Shown: piece after piece, positions 12,801 through 24,700 of the stretch
Position numbering within the stretch: the first letter of the stretch is position 1
Layout of the letters: each line of letters opens with the position of its first letter
NCBI GenBank assembly: GCA_951406725.2
Contig: OX597823.1
Span: 62,248,001 to 62,312,000, forward strand
Origin: Octopus vulgaris
Taxonomy: Eukaryota
DNA: 64,000 nt
Reading direction: 5' to 3'
Translations under genes and position numbers: made by a program
Notes under the pieces: generated by a model
What the model was told of the DNA's origin: nothing
The model's database searches: none
What the model saw: the letters and a program-made list of their open reading frames with translations, nothing else

Positions 12801-15800
12801 TATACATATGTGTATGTATTTGTTTTCCTTTTCTGTAATACATTTCGTCTATCTAGGAGGGATATATATCTATTATGTTTTTTAATGGTTTGGTCTGAAG
12901 GAAAGGGCTTTGTGAAAGCCCTCCAACAGAGGTGAGATTCATATAGCTAATGTTCTTGAACAACTTCATGTTGATAACTGCAGGAAAAATCATTGGCAGG
13001 GAGGGAATTCCTCTGGGGAGGAGGAAGTTAGCATATCGTGGTTAGTGTGAAACCTAGGTGGTAAGATACAATATGGGTGACAAGAGAAGGAGGGAGAAGT
13101 AAGTCAGGTGAGGCTGGATAGAGGTGACACAAGGAGCAGAAGTAAAAGGAATAGCAGGAGGCAAAGAAAAGAGACAGTACGTCTACATGTCAGATGTCGG
13201 AGAGGGTTGGTGAGCAACTCCATGCCAATCAGTTAGATGTCATTGTCAAAATACTCACCTTCTAAGCCTACAGAAAGCCATCTTAGTAAGGTCGAGTCTT
13301 TACCTAATATGTGGAAGCATGTGGTTTAGTGGTTAGGGTGTTGGACTCATGATTGTAAGTTTGTGATTTCGATTCCTGGACCAAGCAACATGTTATGTTC
13401 TTAAGCAAAACGCATCATTTCACATTGCTCCAGTCCACTCAGCTGGTAAAAGTGAGTAATCTTGAAATGGACCAGTGTCTTCTCCAGGTGTTGAACTTAT
13501 GCACCATGGAAACCAAAAAACTGGACCTTATGATTCAGCATGACACAAAAAGGAAATCTTTAACCTACCTAATATTATATAATCACATACAACAGATATA
13601 AACAACAACCTTGTGATCTGCTAATACTGTATAATTTGTGCACTGTCTCCTCTCTCTACCTTTTCTACCATTACTATAAAGGCTCCTCGAAACAGTCTGG
13701 TTTCAAACCACATTCATTCAGGTACTCTAAACTCTCTCATCTTGCTTCTCATTATACATAATAACATAATATCCACACTCCCCACCACCAACGCCATGCC
13801 TAACCTCTTCTTCCCAGAACGTTAATTTTATGGAATTCTCTCCTTGTAGGTGCCTTTCTTACAGTCATCAATTCGCAACAGTATAAGTGGAATTATAAAG
13901 GTATCAATTTTCACAGTCTCAAAGAAACTGTATAAACCAAACTAGTAAAAAAGCCAATTACAAGCCCACACTCTAGTCTGCAGACCAGCTAATGTTATAT
14001 AGTTATATAATTACATTTACAAGGATCCGGTCCACTTACCAGCTGATGTGTTCAGGGCCATTCTGTCTTGCTTGCTTCAATTGTACATATCTTTTGATGG
14101 CATGTTTCAGATCTAACACTGTGGCATCCTGTACAACCACAACACCTAACAGAAGAAATTATAAACAGATACAAAACTAAATTTTAGGCAACAAGTAATC
14201 TGTGGTATTTGTGAATGAACAACTTGAAATATTTAACCTTTTGATGTTATCCTTAAAAAACATGATGTCCATGCAAATCTAAACAAAGGCTTTTTTCATG
14301 ATGTACAAATCTATTTTCTGTATCTTATGTGAGAAGTATAGTTGACACCAGTAAGTATGCATGCACATGTGTGTACGTATGTATATATATAAATATATAT
14401 TGTTGATGCCTGTCATGTTCACAGAAGATGTGGGTTTGAGTCCTATGGGCTGCTTTTGACTTCTCTATCCAAAAGGATTTTTAATCCAACATTTACATGC
14501 AGCTAGCTTTATTTGCTTTGAGCTTCACCATTCCAAACAAGAATTATATGTACTGTACCATGCAGTACTGCAATGTCATTTGATCAACAGAAAGCTTATA
14601 ACTTACGCATAACCTCTCCATCAGCTCGACAGACATTTATTAACATGGCTTGCCCATATTCAAGAGCTATTTGGGACTTGACCTCTTCAGCTGTAACCTC
14701 TGAGGGAAGATCTTCAAGAAGTGGGTCTGTCTGGAATTAAAAACAGAAAGAAATAAAAATATTATATAGTCACTACTTCCAAATAACTATTCTCTGGGTT
14801 TCAGATTTGCAAGGGAGTGAGGAATGAGAAAGTGTGACATTCGAAATAATTTAGAGAGTCTTAATGTGAAATGAAAAATGAGTATCAAATCCTTGATTAC
14901 AAGTTTAACTCACAAACATACAACTGTTATTTTTCCATGCTATTTACAAAGAGTAAATATGTAAAACCCAATGACTATGAAAGTAAGTTGTATCATAAAG
15001 CTAAATCTTACTGCAGCCATTATGGATGCTACTGAGCAAGGGATACAACTCTGTTGGCTTGACTGACAAAAACAAGTTGCACTAATACTCTACAGTTGAA
15101 CCATCAGCAATTGAAAAGTAATGAAGCTATAAAAAACATCCTGCCATGTTACCATTGAAAAATAGATGTAAAATCATCATCATTTAACGTCCATTCTCCA
15201 TGCTGGCATGGGTTGGATGGTTTGACCAGAGCTGGTAAGCGGGAGAGCTGCACTAAGTTCTCGTCTGATTTGGCTTGGTTTCTATGGCTTCATGCTCTTC
15301 CTAACACCAACCACTATACAGTGTGCTGGGTGCTTTTTACGTGGCCTGGCACAAGTTCTTTTCACATGGCCCAGCATGGGTGCTTCTTATGTGGCACCAG
15401 CATGGATGCTCTTACAAGGCAAAAGTCCCCTCAGCTGGGAGGGGATCATTAACAATTCTGCTGACTGCGCGAAACCTTACTTAAATTGATAATTAAAAAA
15501 TAATAAAAATCAACTACTCCTTGAGATTTAATATTACCTGATTAATGTAAGTTCAAAATATAGAGAACAATCAAAATGGTAGCATCTTAATGTTTCTGTT
15601 ATTTTAATAGTTATGAAATTGTAGTTATGATACCTGTGCCAGTGGCACATAAAAAGCACCATCCGAACGTGGTTGATGCCAGCACCGCCTAACTGGCATC
15701 CGTGACACGTAAAAAGCACCAACCGAGTGTGGCCATTTGCCAGCCTCCTCTGGCCCCCCTGTGCCAGTGACACGTAAATAGCACCCACTACACTCACGGA

Positions 15801-16142
15801 ATGGTTGGCATTAGGAAGGGCATCCAGCTGTAGAAACACTGCCAGATCAGACTGGAGCCTGGCACAGCCTCCTGGCTTCCCAGACTCCGGTCGAACCGTC
15901 CAACCCATGCTAGCATGGAAAACGGACGTTAAACGATGATGATGGGACTGTATGTAAAACTTTGCAGCAACAGGAAAATATAAAAATACTATACAAAAAC
16001 ATTTATAAACTTCACTCACACATATTAACTCTGAGAGAACCTTCCTTGCTTTCGCCATGGCATCTTGATGAGTAAGTTCTTGAACAGATGGTGTGGCAGA
16101 GGAATCGGAATCAGAAGGACTTTCATTACCCACAGAAGTCAT
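9762..16142 (-). CDS. SNRNP25: U11/U12 snRNP 25 kDa protein (ubiquitin-like fold), spliced gene, 164 aa; complement(join(9762..9828,11658..11732,14040..14145,14607..14730,16020..16142))
   Basis: Manual splicing with GT-AG borders gives 495 nt in frame: ...ELIC/TDPLLEDLPSEVTAEEVKSQIALEYGQAMLINVCRADGEVMR/VVVVQDATVLDLKHAIKRYVQLKQARQNGPEHISW/RYIWKRYWLYFDGQKLSDDSKPLKE/YGIRNKADVTFKHRLKQQGTV*. This matches the SNRNP25 signature (DPLL.DLP..VT.EEV.SQIALEYGQAM; ATVLDLK.AI.RYVQLKQ; YGIRN). Confidence 0.96.
11658..11732 (-). CDS. SNRNP25: SNRNP25 coding exon 4
   Basis: atgcag / GTAAGT borders, 75 nt, RYIWKRYWLYFDGQKLSDDSKPLK. Confidence 0.95.
13640..13920 (+). mobile_element. CR1/L2-type LINE 3' end relic
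   Basis: Degenerate FFPRT...LWNSL coding motif typical of the LINE ORF2 C-terminus. Confidence 0.45.
14040..14145 (-). CDS. SNRNP25: SNRNP25 coding exon 3
   Basis: tgttag / GTAAGT borders, 106 nt, VVVVQDATVLDLKHAIKRYVQLKQ...HISW. Confidence 0.96.
14607..14730 (-). CDS. SNRNP25: SNRNP25 coding exon 2
   Basis: ttccag / GTAAGT borders, 124 nt, TDPLLEDLPSEV...GEVM. Confidence 0.96.
15630..15945 (+). mobile_element. RTE-tailed repeat family C
   Basis: GTGGCACGTAAAAAGCACC...GGAAGGGCATCCAGCTGTAGAAAC...CCATGCTAGCATGGAAA..GGACGTTAAACGATGATG. Other copies at about 548-722, 9090-9270, 12030-12183, 12470-12655, 15175-15340(-), 18530-18690(-), 25490-25990(-), 38400-38810(-). Confidence 0.8.
16020..16142 (-). 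CDS. SNRNP25: SNRNP25 coding exon 1 (MTSVGNESPS...KVLSELIC)
   Basis: ATG at 16142-16140, GTGAGT donor at 16019, upstream acceptor (tttcag) at about 16160 implies a further 5'UTR exon. Confidence 0.88.
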
Positions 16143-16779
16143 ATTCTTTCAGTTTTGAACTGAAATCAAGGGTCATAAAATGCCAATTAAATAATAGAGA
16201 ACAATAACATTGCTTACATATGATGATGATGTACAAGATATATATAGCTTAAGATTTAGATATTAATGAATACTACATGTGAAGATGTCAACTTTGTAGG
16301 TAAGAGATATGAGTCGAGCTGAAAATAAAATTTGAGGATTATAGGCGTTTATTAAAAATGTAAAAGGAAAAATTACAAAAAAAAAAAAAAGGAATCAAAA
16401 CAGTTCCGACGTAGATCCATCGAGAATTCATCTCCATTCTTCGGCACTGGCCACAATGAAGATCGTTATAGAAAATTAATGAATGTTTAGAAAATGTAAA
16501 GATATACATAGATACACAGAAATTTCAAATGAAGTTGGTACATAAAAGTTAAAACTTTGAGATGCTTCTTTTAAAGCACATCTGCAGTTTGGACAGTTAA
16601 ATTCAGTCAATTTACAATAAAATATGCTATTTAACTGAGTAAAATTACCTTAAACTACAGCTTTTTGCCGCTCTGATAAAAAGATAATAAAAAAATATCG
16701 TAAATATAATAGACCTGAAATTGATGATTTTGTTTATATAATTATATTTGTTATTATAAATTAAAATACTTAAGGAATA

Positions 16780-17135
16780 TGAAAGAAGACTGTTCACCTT
16801 TCAGCCACTTTCGGAGTTTTTCATTTAATCAACATTATCAAAAAACAAAGGTTGATCAAAAGTGTTTGATTGGCGATATTATTTTCGATTCGCCTTAATA
16901 GAACTGAGCTATAATTATCTCAATTTTTCTTCTTTCTAATAATTACTTAAATTAATACTTTACATAAATTTTATTTCTAAAATGAACCTCATTTTTAAAA
17001 CATTATATTTTATATATTTACCGTATTTTATGAGAGACGATACTATACACTTAAAAACGAAACCCTATTAATTTCTCCTGCGCAATATTTTCATGCAACC
17101 TTTATTATGACCACAGTACACATCCAGTGTAAACC
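16780..17135. promoter_or_regulatory. Shared bidirectional promoter / 5'UTR region of SNRNP25 and POLR3K
   Basis: Start codons diverge about 1 kb apart; CCAAT box (ATTGG at about 16869); candidate minus-strand UTR-exon donors near 16797 and 17021. Exact TSSs are not visible. Confidence 0.65.
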
Positions 17136-17246
17136 ATGCTTGTTTTCTGTCCTGTCTGTGCTAATGTTTTGGTCGTGGAAGAAGGACCCAACTGTTATCG
17201 GTTTGGTTGTCACACATGCCCTTACATACAGAACATTACACGAATG
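17136..17246 (+). CDS. POLR3K: POLR3K coding exon 1
   Basis: aaccATG start, N-terminal CxxC...CxxC zinc ribbon, GT donor at 17247. Confidence 0.96.
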
Positions 17247-19775
17247 GTATACTATACGATTCATTTATATCTTTTGTTATATTTTTACTTTCTTATGTTT
17301 TACGGTATGATTCGTTGAACATTAGTTAAACCGAATCTTTTGATATATTCCCTAAGCAATATTAATAATTGGGTGCAGTAAGAAAATAGCGACAGGTAAA
17401 TTGAATTCATTTGTAATTAGATGAAAAACATCGACAATTGAATCATGTACAATAAACCCATATTTGAGCACCGGCGTCAAAGAAACACTTATTTTAGCGA
17501 ACAAACGAGGGAACCTTTACGTAGTCACTCGTACTTGTATAAATATACATAAGCATAACACAGATGTATGTACATGTCTGTGGCATTCTTTCGCTATAGA
17601 TATTTTATCTGTCATTCCTTCCCAGCTGTTTTGATGGCATGTTCGGTAAAATCCGTAAAAAGATTTTTAATGTATTTATTTTTTGTTTTGATATACCACA
17701 CACGCTTTCATGTTCAAGACCGACTCTCATTCTCTTGATAGCTACCGTTACCGATACACTCACACACGTACAGTCATTCACACACTGCATTCTTTCGATA
17801 TAGAAACCAAACTGCCTTCAAATATGTTGTGGCTTAATATCTACCAAACCATTGTATAAGCGCATGTTTCGAAATAAGCATCACCACCTAACGGGTCATA
17901 ACTTTTTATCTTGGTTTTTGGGCGGAGGTAAAGGACATGGACCGCACCTCTTTCGGTTATTTTTTGTGGAGTGGGTTACAGAAACCTACCTTTTCGAGGT
18001 ACTAGTAGCGTAGACTGGTCCCTGTTCGCGCAGCCGCGTGTCCGTGCTAGCTAGACGTAGGCAGTTGATCGGGTACTTGTATCGCAGAGTGGTCCCGGTT
18101 TGCGCACACACGCAGACGCGCGTCCGCGCTAGCCAGACGTAGCCAGTCGATCCTACGAGCTGACTGGTGCATGCACGATATATACGTGTATACGATATAT
18201 TTACTTGTATATATACGATATATACTTGTATCGCACGTCCCCGATTCGCAAACCCAACACTGTGGTTCACCATTCTAAGTTCAAAATTTTAGCCATCAGT
18301 TTCAGGAATGTAAGAGTACGTCTTCCACAAATTCCTGAAAATTGTGGTTTCTGGAATAATGGAGTAACGTATGCATTCTTCCAGTGTGTCACAATTACAA
18401 CATAGCACAGCATACAGAAAAGCCTGTCTGGTCTCGCAACACATTCCTCTGAAAACCCACAACACAGTATCCTCCTTTGTTTGCAATTTTTCCATCATAG
18501 AAACGAAGTTACTACAGCTTGCTGCCATATCATCATTATTATCGTTTAACATCCGCCTTCCATGCTAGCATGGGTTGGACGATGTGACTGAGGACTGGCG
18601 AACCAGATGGCTGCACCGGGCTCCAATCTTGATCTGGCAGAGTTTCTACAGCTGGATGCCCTTCCTAATGCCAACCACTCTGAGAGTGTGGGCTGCCATA
18701 ATCACACAATAATCAACACAAGCTTCCTTGGAGATAAAAGACTTCAAAGACTGTGTCTATGGCAACAGGCAAAAGAGTTCTCATGTTCTACTTGTTACTA
18801 TCAATACAGACATGAATATGTCTGTGGCTTACAACTGGCTAAAATTACCAAAATTTTCAAACTTTAATTTACTAATAACTCTTTATTTATTGATTTATAG
18901 CGAAATTACTTTCACGTCATGAATTAGCCTATAAAAGTGTGTTATTTCACTGAATATGAAATCAATTCAAGCAGAATTGATACTGGCAGCCCAACAGAAA
19001 AGATCGTGTATTTCTTGTACATGTCTTCACATTCAGTTTTTTTTTCTTATTTTTGTTTTTGAATTGTTTGATCATTGAATTGACTAATATACATATATAT
19101 AAGGAGAGTTTACGATAAAAACAAAAGACGAAGACAGGTGGGGTACAAAACAAACAGATGTATTAGTATAATGCTCAGGAATAGAATAAGTCTTTTACGT
19201 TTTGAGCCTACGCTCTTCTACAGAAAGTGACACAGAAAAAACAAGGAGAGAAAAGATGTGTGTAGTGGCTAACAATCTATCATGGCGACATGATACATAT
19301 ATCATCATCATCATATATATATGTAAATATAAATAAGATTGGGTATTATTGTTATATTTATAATTATAATGATACAAACCACTGCACTGATCCTCCCTTC
19401 TAAACACATAATATGTATATACATACGATTATGGTTGAGCAGATCGCCATAATAGATCGTTAGCCACAACACACATTTTTTTCTCTCCTTGTTTTTTCTG
19501 TGTCCCTTTCTGTAGAAGAGTATAGGCTCTAAAGGTAAAAGACTTTTTCTATTCTTGAGCGTTATACTAATACATCTGTTTGTTTTGTACCCCACCTGTC
19601 TTCCTCTTTTGTTTTTTTCGTAAACTCTCCCTATATATATATATATATAAATTCCTCGTGTATGCAGTTTCGTTCTTACATAACTGAAATAACTTTAAGA
19701 TATATTGATTATATAAATTAAAATATTACCACCTATTGATCCCCTCCATTTTCTTATTGCTCTCTTTCTCTCTCG

Positions 19776-19862
<87 letters not shown>

Positions 19863-20802
19863 CATACATTCATCATCATCAATTAATGTTTATTTTCCAT
19901 GCTGGCATAGGTTGGATGTCTTGACAGGAACTGGCTAAGTCAGGAGCTGCACCAAGTCCCATAGTCTGCTTTGGTTCGGTTTCCTCAGTTGGATGCCCTT
20001 GTTAGCACCAACCACTTTACAAAATGTACTGGGAGCTTTTTACTTGGCATCAGCACCCACACTAATCTTTATTTTTTTTTTTTACGTGGCACCTTGGTTT
20101 TAGGATCTCAATTCTCTTGTGGTGGGCAGGTCTTCTTAAGTACAGCAATATACCACATATCTCAGTCCTCTGCCAGCTTCTTCGTAAAGCCCAGTGTTTT
20201 GAGATCAGCCTTCAGTACTTCATCTCGTCTTCCTTTGTCTTCCTCTTCCACTATGCCCCTCCACGTTAAGTGTTCAACACTTCTTTATGCAAGTGTCCTC
20301 ATCGATCCACATCATGTAACCAAACCAGTGCAGTCTCCTCTCTTGCACACTGCATAAAATTCCCCTTATGCCTAACTTTTCTTTCATTACACTTGTGCTC
20401 TGTCACACATGTACACTAACATTTCACATCCAGTGGAGCATACCAACTTCGTTCCTGCCTTCACATGTCTTATACATTCAGGGCCCATGTCTCACTACCA
20501 TTTAGCATTGCAGTTCATACATGTGCATCATACACTCTTCCTTTCACTCAGAAAGAGATAGAGAGAGAGAGAGACACTTGGTTGCCAACAGAGATAAAAG
20601 CTCTCTGAACTTTCTCCATCCTTCTCTGTCTGTTTGTCTATTGCTTTCTATCTATCTTTTTGTCTATTTGTCTATCTGTATTTTTATTTATCTTTTTGTG
20701 TTTGTCTATTTTTGATCTCTCCTCCCTCTCTCTCCACCTCCCTCCCCCTCTCTCTATTTATATATCTTTCTGGCTGTCTGTTTGCTTATCTATCTATCTA
20801 TG

Positions 20803-20844
<42 letters not shown>

Positions 20845-21743
20845 CATGCACACACACACACACATATATACATTAAACCCCTACCATTTCTGTCTTTGCT
20901 AAACTCACTCCGCTTGATAACTATCTAATTGTACCATGTATAATTTATCAGATCCGGTTTCTCAGTTTTTGTGGTTTTTGTTTCTCACCACCCCCATTGA
21001 TTTCTTTGGACACTTTTCTACTGTGGCATTTGTTGTTCATCCGCAACAGCTGTGTGCTCTGGTTGTCTTGTGTGGTATTTGTTGCTAACCTCCAGGCCCT
21101 TTTCATTTTTCCATCAACAGTTTGTTTCCAGGCAACGTTTGCATTCAAACATGGAAATTGTTTAGTCAACCTGAGAAAAAACGTCAAGGATGTATATGTT
21201 GGTTTTGACCTGCCAAGGCTGGAGAGGTCATGCTTGTATATATGATGGAAGAATGTGGCAAGCATATTGAGAGTATACCTGCTTGAGTGAGAACATAAAA
21301 GTCTCATAAAGAGATCAGTGGTGGAATGTGGTTTGTGGGGTCACACCTGTCCCTCACTCTGTCATTGTTATATCATCCATTATTCATATATATATATACT
21401 ATCATAAGTTTTTAATTAATGTTTATCATTTTGTTATGCTATCTGAATCCCCCAACCCCTTGTCTGTCCCCTGTATCAACCCTTTGTGGTTAATAAAGAT
21501 CCAGATCCAATACTCTAGTAAATTTTATCACAGCATAGAAAAGAATTGCCTGCAAAAGGATACAAGAAATTGTTTAGCATCACTCTGTAGTTATCAAGAA
21601 AGATGTGGCTGTTATGTAAGAAGCATGCTTCACAACCACATAGTTCCAGGTTCAGTAGGCAAGTGTCTTCTACTATAGCCTCAGGCCAACCAAAGCCTTG
21701 AGTAGATTTGGTAGACAGAAACTGTATGAAGCCCATCATGTGT

Positions 21744-21799
<56 letters not shown>

Positions 21800-24700
21800 C
21801 TGTGTTTGTCCCCACTCCACTGTTTGATAACTAGTTTTGGTGTATTCAGCAAAAGAGCCCAATAGAATAAGTACCAGGCTTTAAAAAAATAAGTATTATG
21901 GTTGATTCATTTGGCTAAAAGTTCTTCAATTCAGTGCCTTAGCATGACTGCAATCTAATGACTGAGACAAATAAAAGATAACTACCTCATGAAGGAAACA
22001 GAAAAAGAAAAAAAAGGGAGGCAGGGATTAAGCAGTAGAAGATGGAGGGAAGGAGTAATTGGTTGTACACCCCAAACCAAATGGTGTGTTTAGCTGCATC
22101 TCACAGACATGATTGCAAAGGCATTACTGTGGTAAATGGCCAGCAACACTCACTGCAGCAGCCATCCCACCTCGCAGGGATCATTTCTCAGTTGGGTAAC
22201 AGTCATTCCGATTTTGCAGAGGAAAGTCTCCAGTTAGCATAGTATCATTGGACAGAATGCTTTGCAATGTATTTGTACCAGCTATCTGCACTCTGAATTC
22301 AAATCATCATCATCATCGTTTAACGTCCATTTTCCATGCTTTTACTTTTTTTAAACCCCTGCACCCCACCCCCAAAACCCTAAAGTTTTCACTCTTGTTT
22401 GAATTTTTTTTTTAAATCAAAGTTTAAAGTATGGACAGTTCAAATTTTTTGCATAAATTCCAGCAATGGACCACCCTTGGGTGCACTTCATTCCATTAAA
22501 TGTGTTTATGGGGAGAGAGAAATATTGATAAACATTTATACATGTCAGAGTAACAAAGCAATGAAGAAGGTAGCTGGTGGCCATTTTGGTGTACTAAAAA
22601 TAACAACTAAATTGCCCTTAATTTTTTTTGCCTAATCATGAATTCCCATGTGTAGAATACAAATTCGCAAAAATTTTCTGAAAGTTCCCAAAAATAAAAG
22701 AGTTATGAGGGGACATATCATCTTTTAATGTCTGTTGTCCATGCTGGCATGGGCTGAACAGTTTGACCAGGGCTGGTAAGCTGAGGAACTTCGCCAGACT
22801 CCAGTCTGATTTGGCATAGTTTTATGGCTGGATGCCCTTTTTTTTGTTGTGACCATCTTACTGTTAACTATCCAACCATAATACTGTCTCATGATAGCCA
22901 ACTAAATCAACTAGTTACTACAAACTGCTCTATTTAATGTACCACTTTTGAAATATCCATTTCTACAATAACTTAGATATTCTCTAACATAAATGATTTT
23001 CAAATGTCTGTTTAGGTTAAATATCGCAAATATCCAAAGCTCAAAGAAGTAGATGATGTGCTAGGAGGTGCTTCAGCCTGGGAAAATGTTGACTCTACTC
23101 AAGGTAGGTTCAGTTTTATTGATTTTTGTTTCCTATGCATTCTTAGATACTTCCCACATTTACAGCTTTTGAGCTTTATGGTGGTGATAATGGTGACTTG
23201 GCCTAGTCACTAGAGTGGTGAGTGAACAGAATGCATCACAGTATTCATTCTGACTCATTGTGCTTTGAGTTCAATTCCTGCTAAGGTCAACTTTGCCTTT
23301 CATTTTTTTGAGATCTACAAAAAAGAATGTACCAAACTAGCATGGTAGACAGGTGGAACTGTAAAAACCGTCTGACTGGATGCCTTGCAACATTTGCTCC
23401 AGTTTCTTGTATACAAAGTTCAAATCTTCCTATGGCTATTTAGATGGTAGACTTAGTATGTTACCTGGTTTAATACCTTCACCTTGGATGTCTTTAGTGG
23501 AGTCCACTTAGTTACAAGCATTTGGGCAAGGACACCTTCCCTTTCACCAGTCTTAGAGGCTCTATAAAGGATCATGGACACTGCCTTCTTACCTAACTAA
23601 AAGATATGATAAAAGATAGGCCTGTCTTCTCTTCTCCAGTTATTGAGACACTGTGGTGCAGGTATGACTGTGTGGTTAACAAGTTCAATCCTACTGAACA
23701 AAGTGTCTTGTGTATTCACAATGCCTTGAAATATAGTTTGCTAGACAGAAACTATGCAGAAGCTTATCACATATGCCATAGCATGTGTGTGTGTGTATTT
23801 CACTAATTTTTCTCCTCATTTGTTTACGTATTTCATGTTATTTGCACTGTTGGTGACATCCTGTGCCCATATATGCATGTTTTTTGAAACATGGAGTAGA
23901 TGAAGCAAAGGCGACTGAAGAAGAAGTTTCCTTGTATTGTATGTCCTGTACTCTATTTTTTCGTTGTTTAAGAAAAATGTCCATTTCCTTGGTTTTGTGT
24001 TTATGTTTTCGTTTCTCATTGTGTTTGACGTTTTTTTTGGTGTCCTGTACCCATGTATGCATGTATATATACATGTAGAGGTAGGTACGTACATATATGT
24101 ATGTATATATGCATATGTTTTATTTTATTTATTATATATATATATATATAAAATAATAATATTAGGGAGTATAATTCCAAACTTACAGGGAAAAATTCAA
24201 TTTAGTATTAAATCAAATTTCACAATATAAATATATAGTATATAAATTAGAGAAAAAAACCACTATTATGCAATTCAAATAATGATAGACATAAACCAAA
24301 TCATAAATAAAAAATAAAATATATTTTTATAAAACATATAACTAGATCACAAAAAGTATAAAATGAATAATCATTATATAAAAAGTAATAAGTAAACACA
24401 CACATACACACACACACATTTATATTAGAGAATTGGTATTTAAGTTTAGATAAATAATCTTCCTCTATTTGATTGTTGACGAAGTATTTCCTCTCTTAGG
24501 AGAGCAATGAATGAGGACCAGACAAAGTAGAGAAGACTATATAATCTAAATTGACTCAAAAATAAAACTTCAGTATGCTTGCAGTCCAATGATTGGAACA
24601 GCTAATAGAAAAATGGGCCATACAAATCATAATTTATATCATTCTGTTAACATATATCAAGATTCCTCACAGATATGTGTGTATATATATAAGTGCAGGA

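Noticed and set aside
15534-16019. 202-aa ORF 15534..16142 as a single-exon protein
   Set aside because: Only the first 41 codons are SNRNP25 exon; the rest is intron read-through into a family-C repeat.
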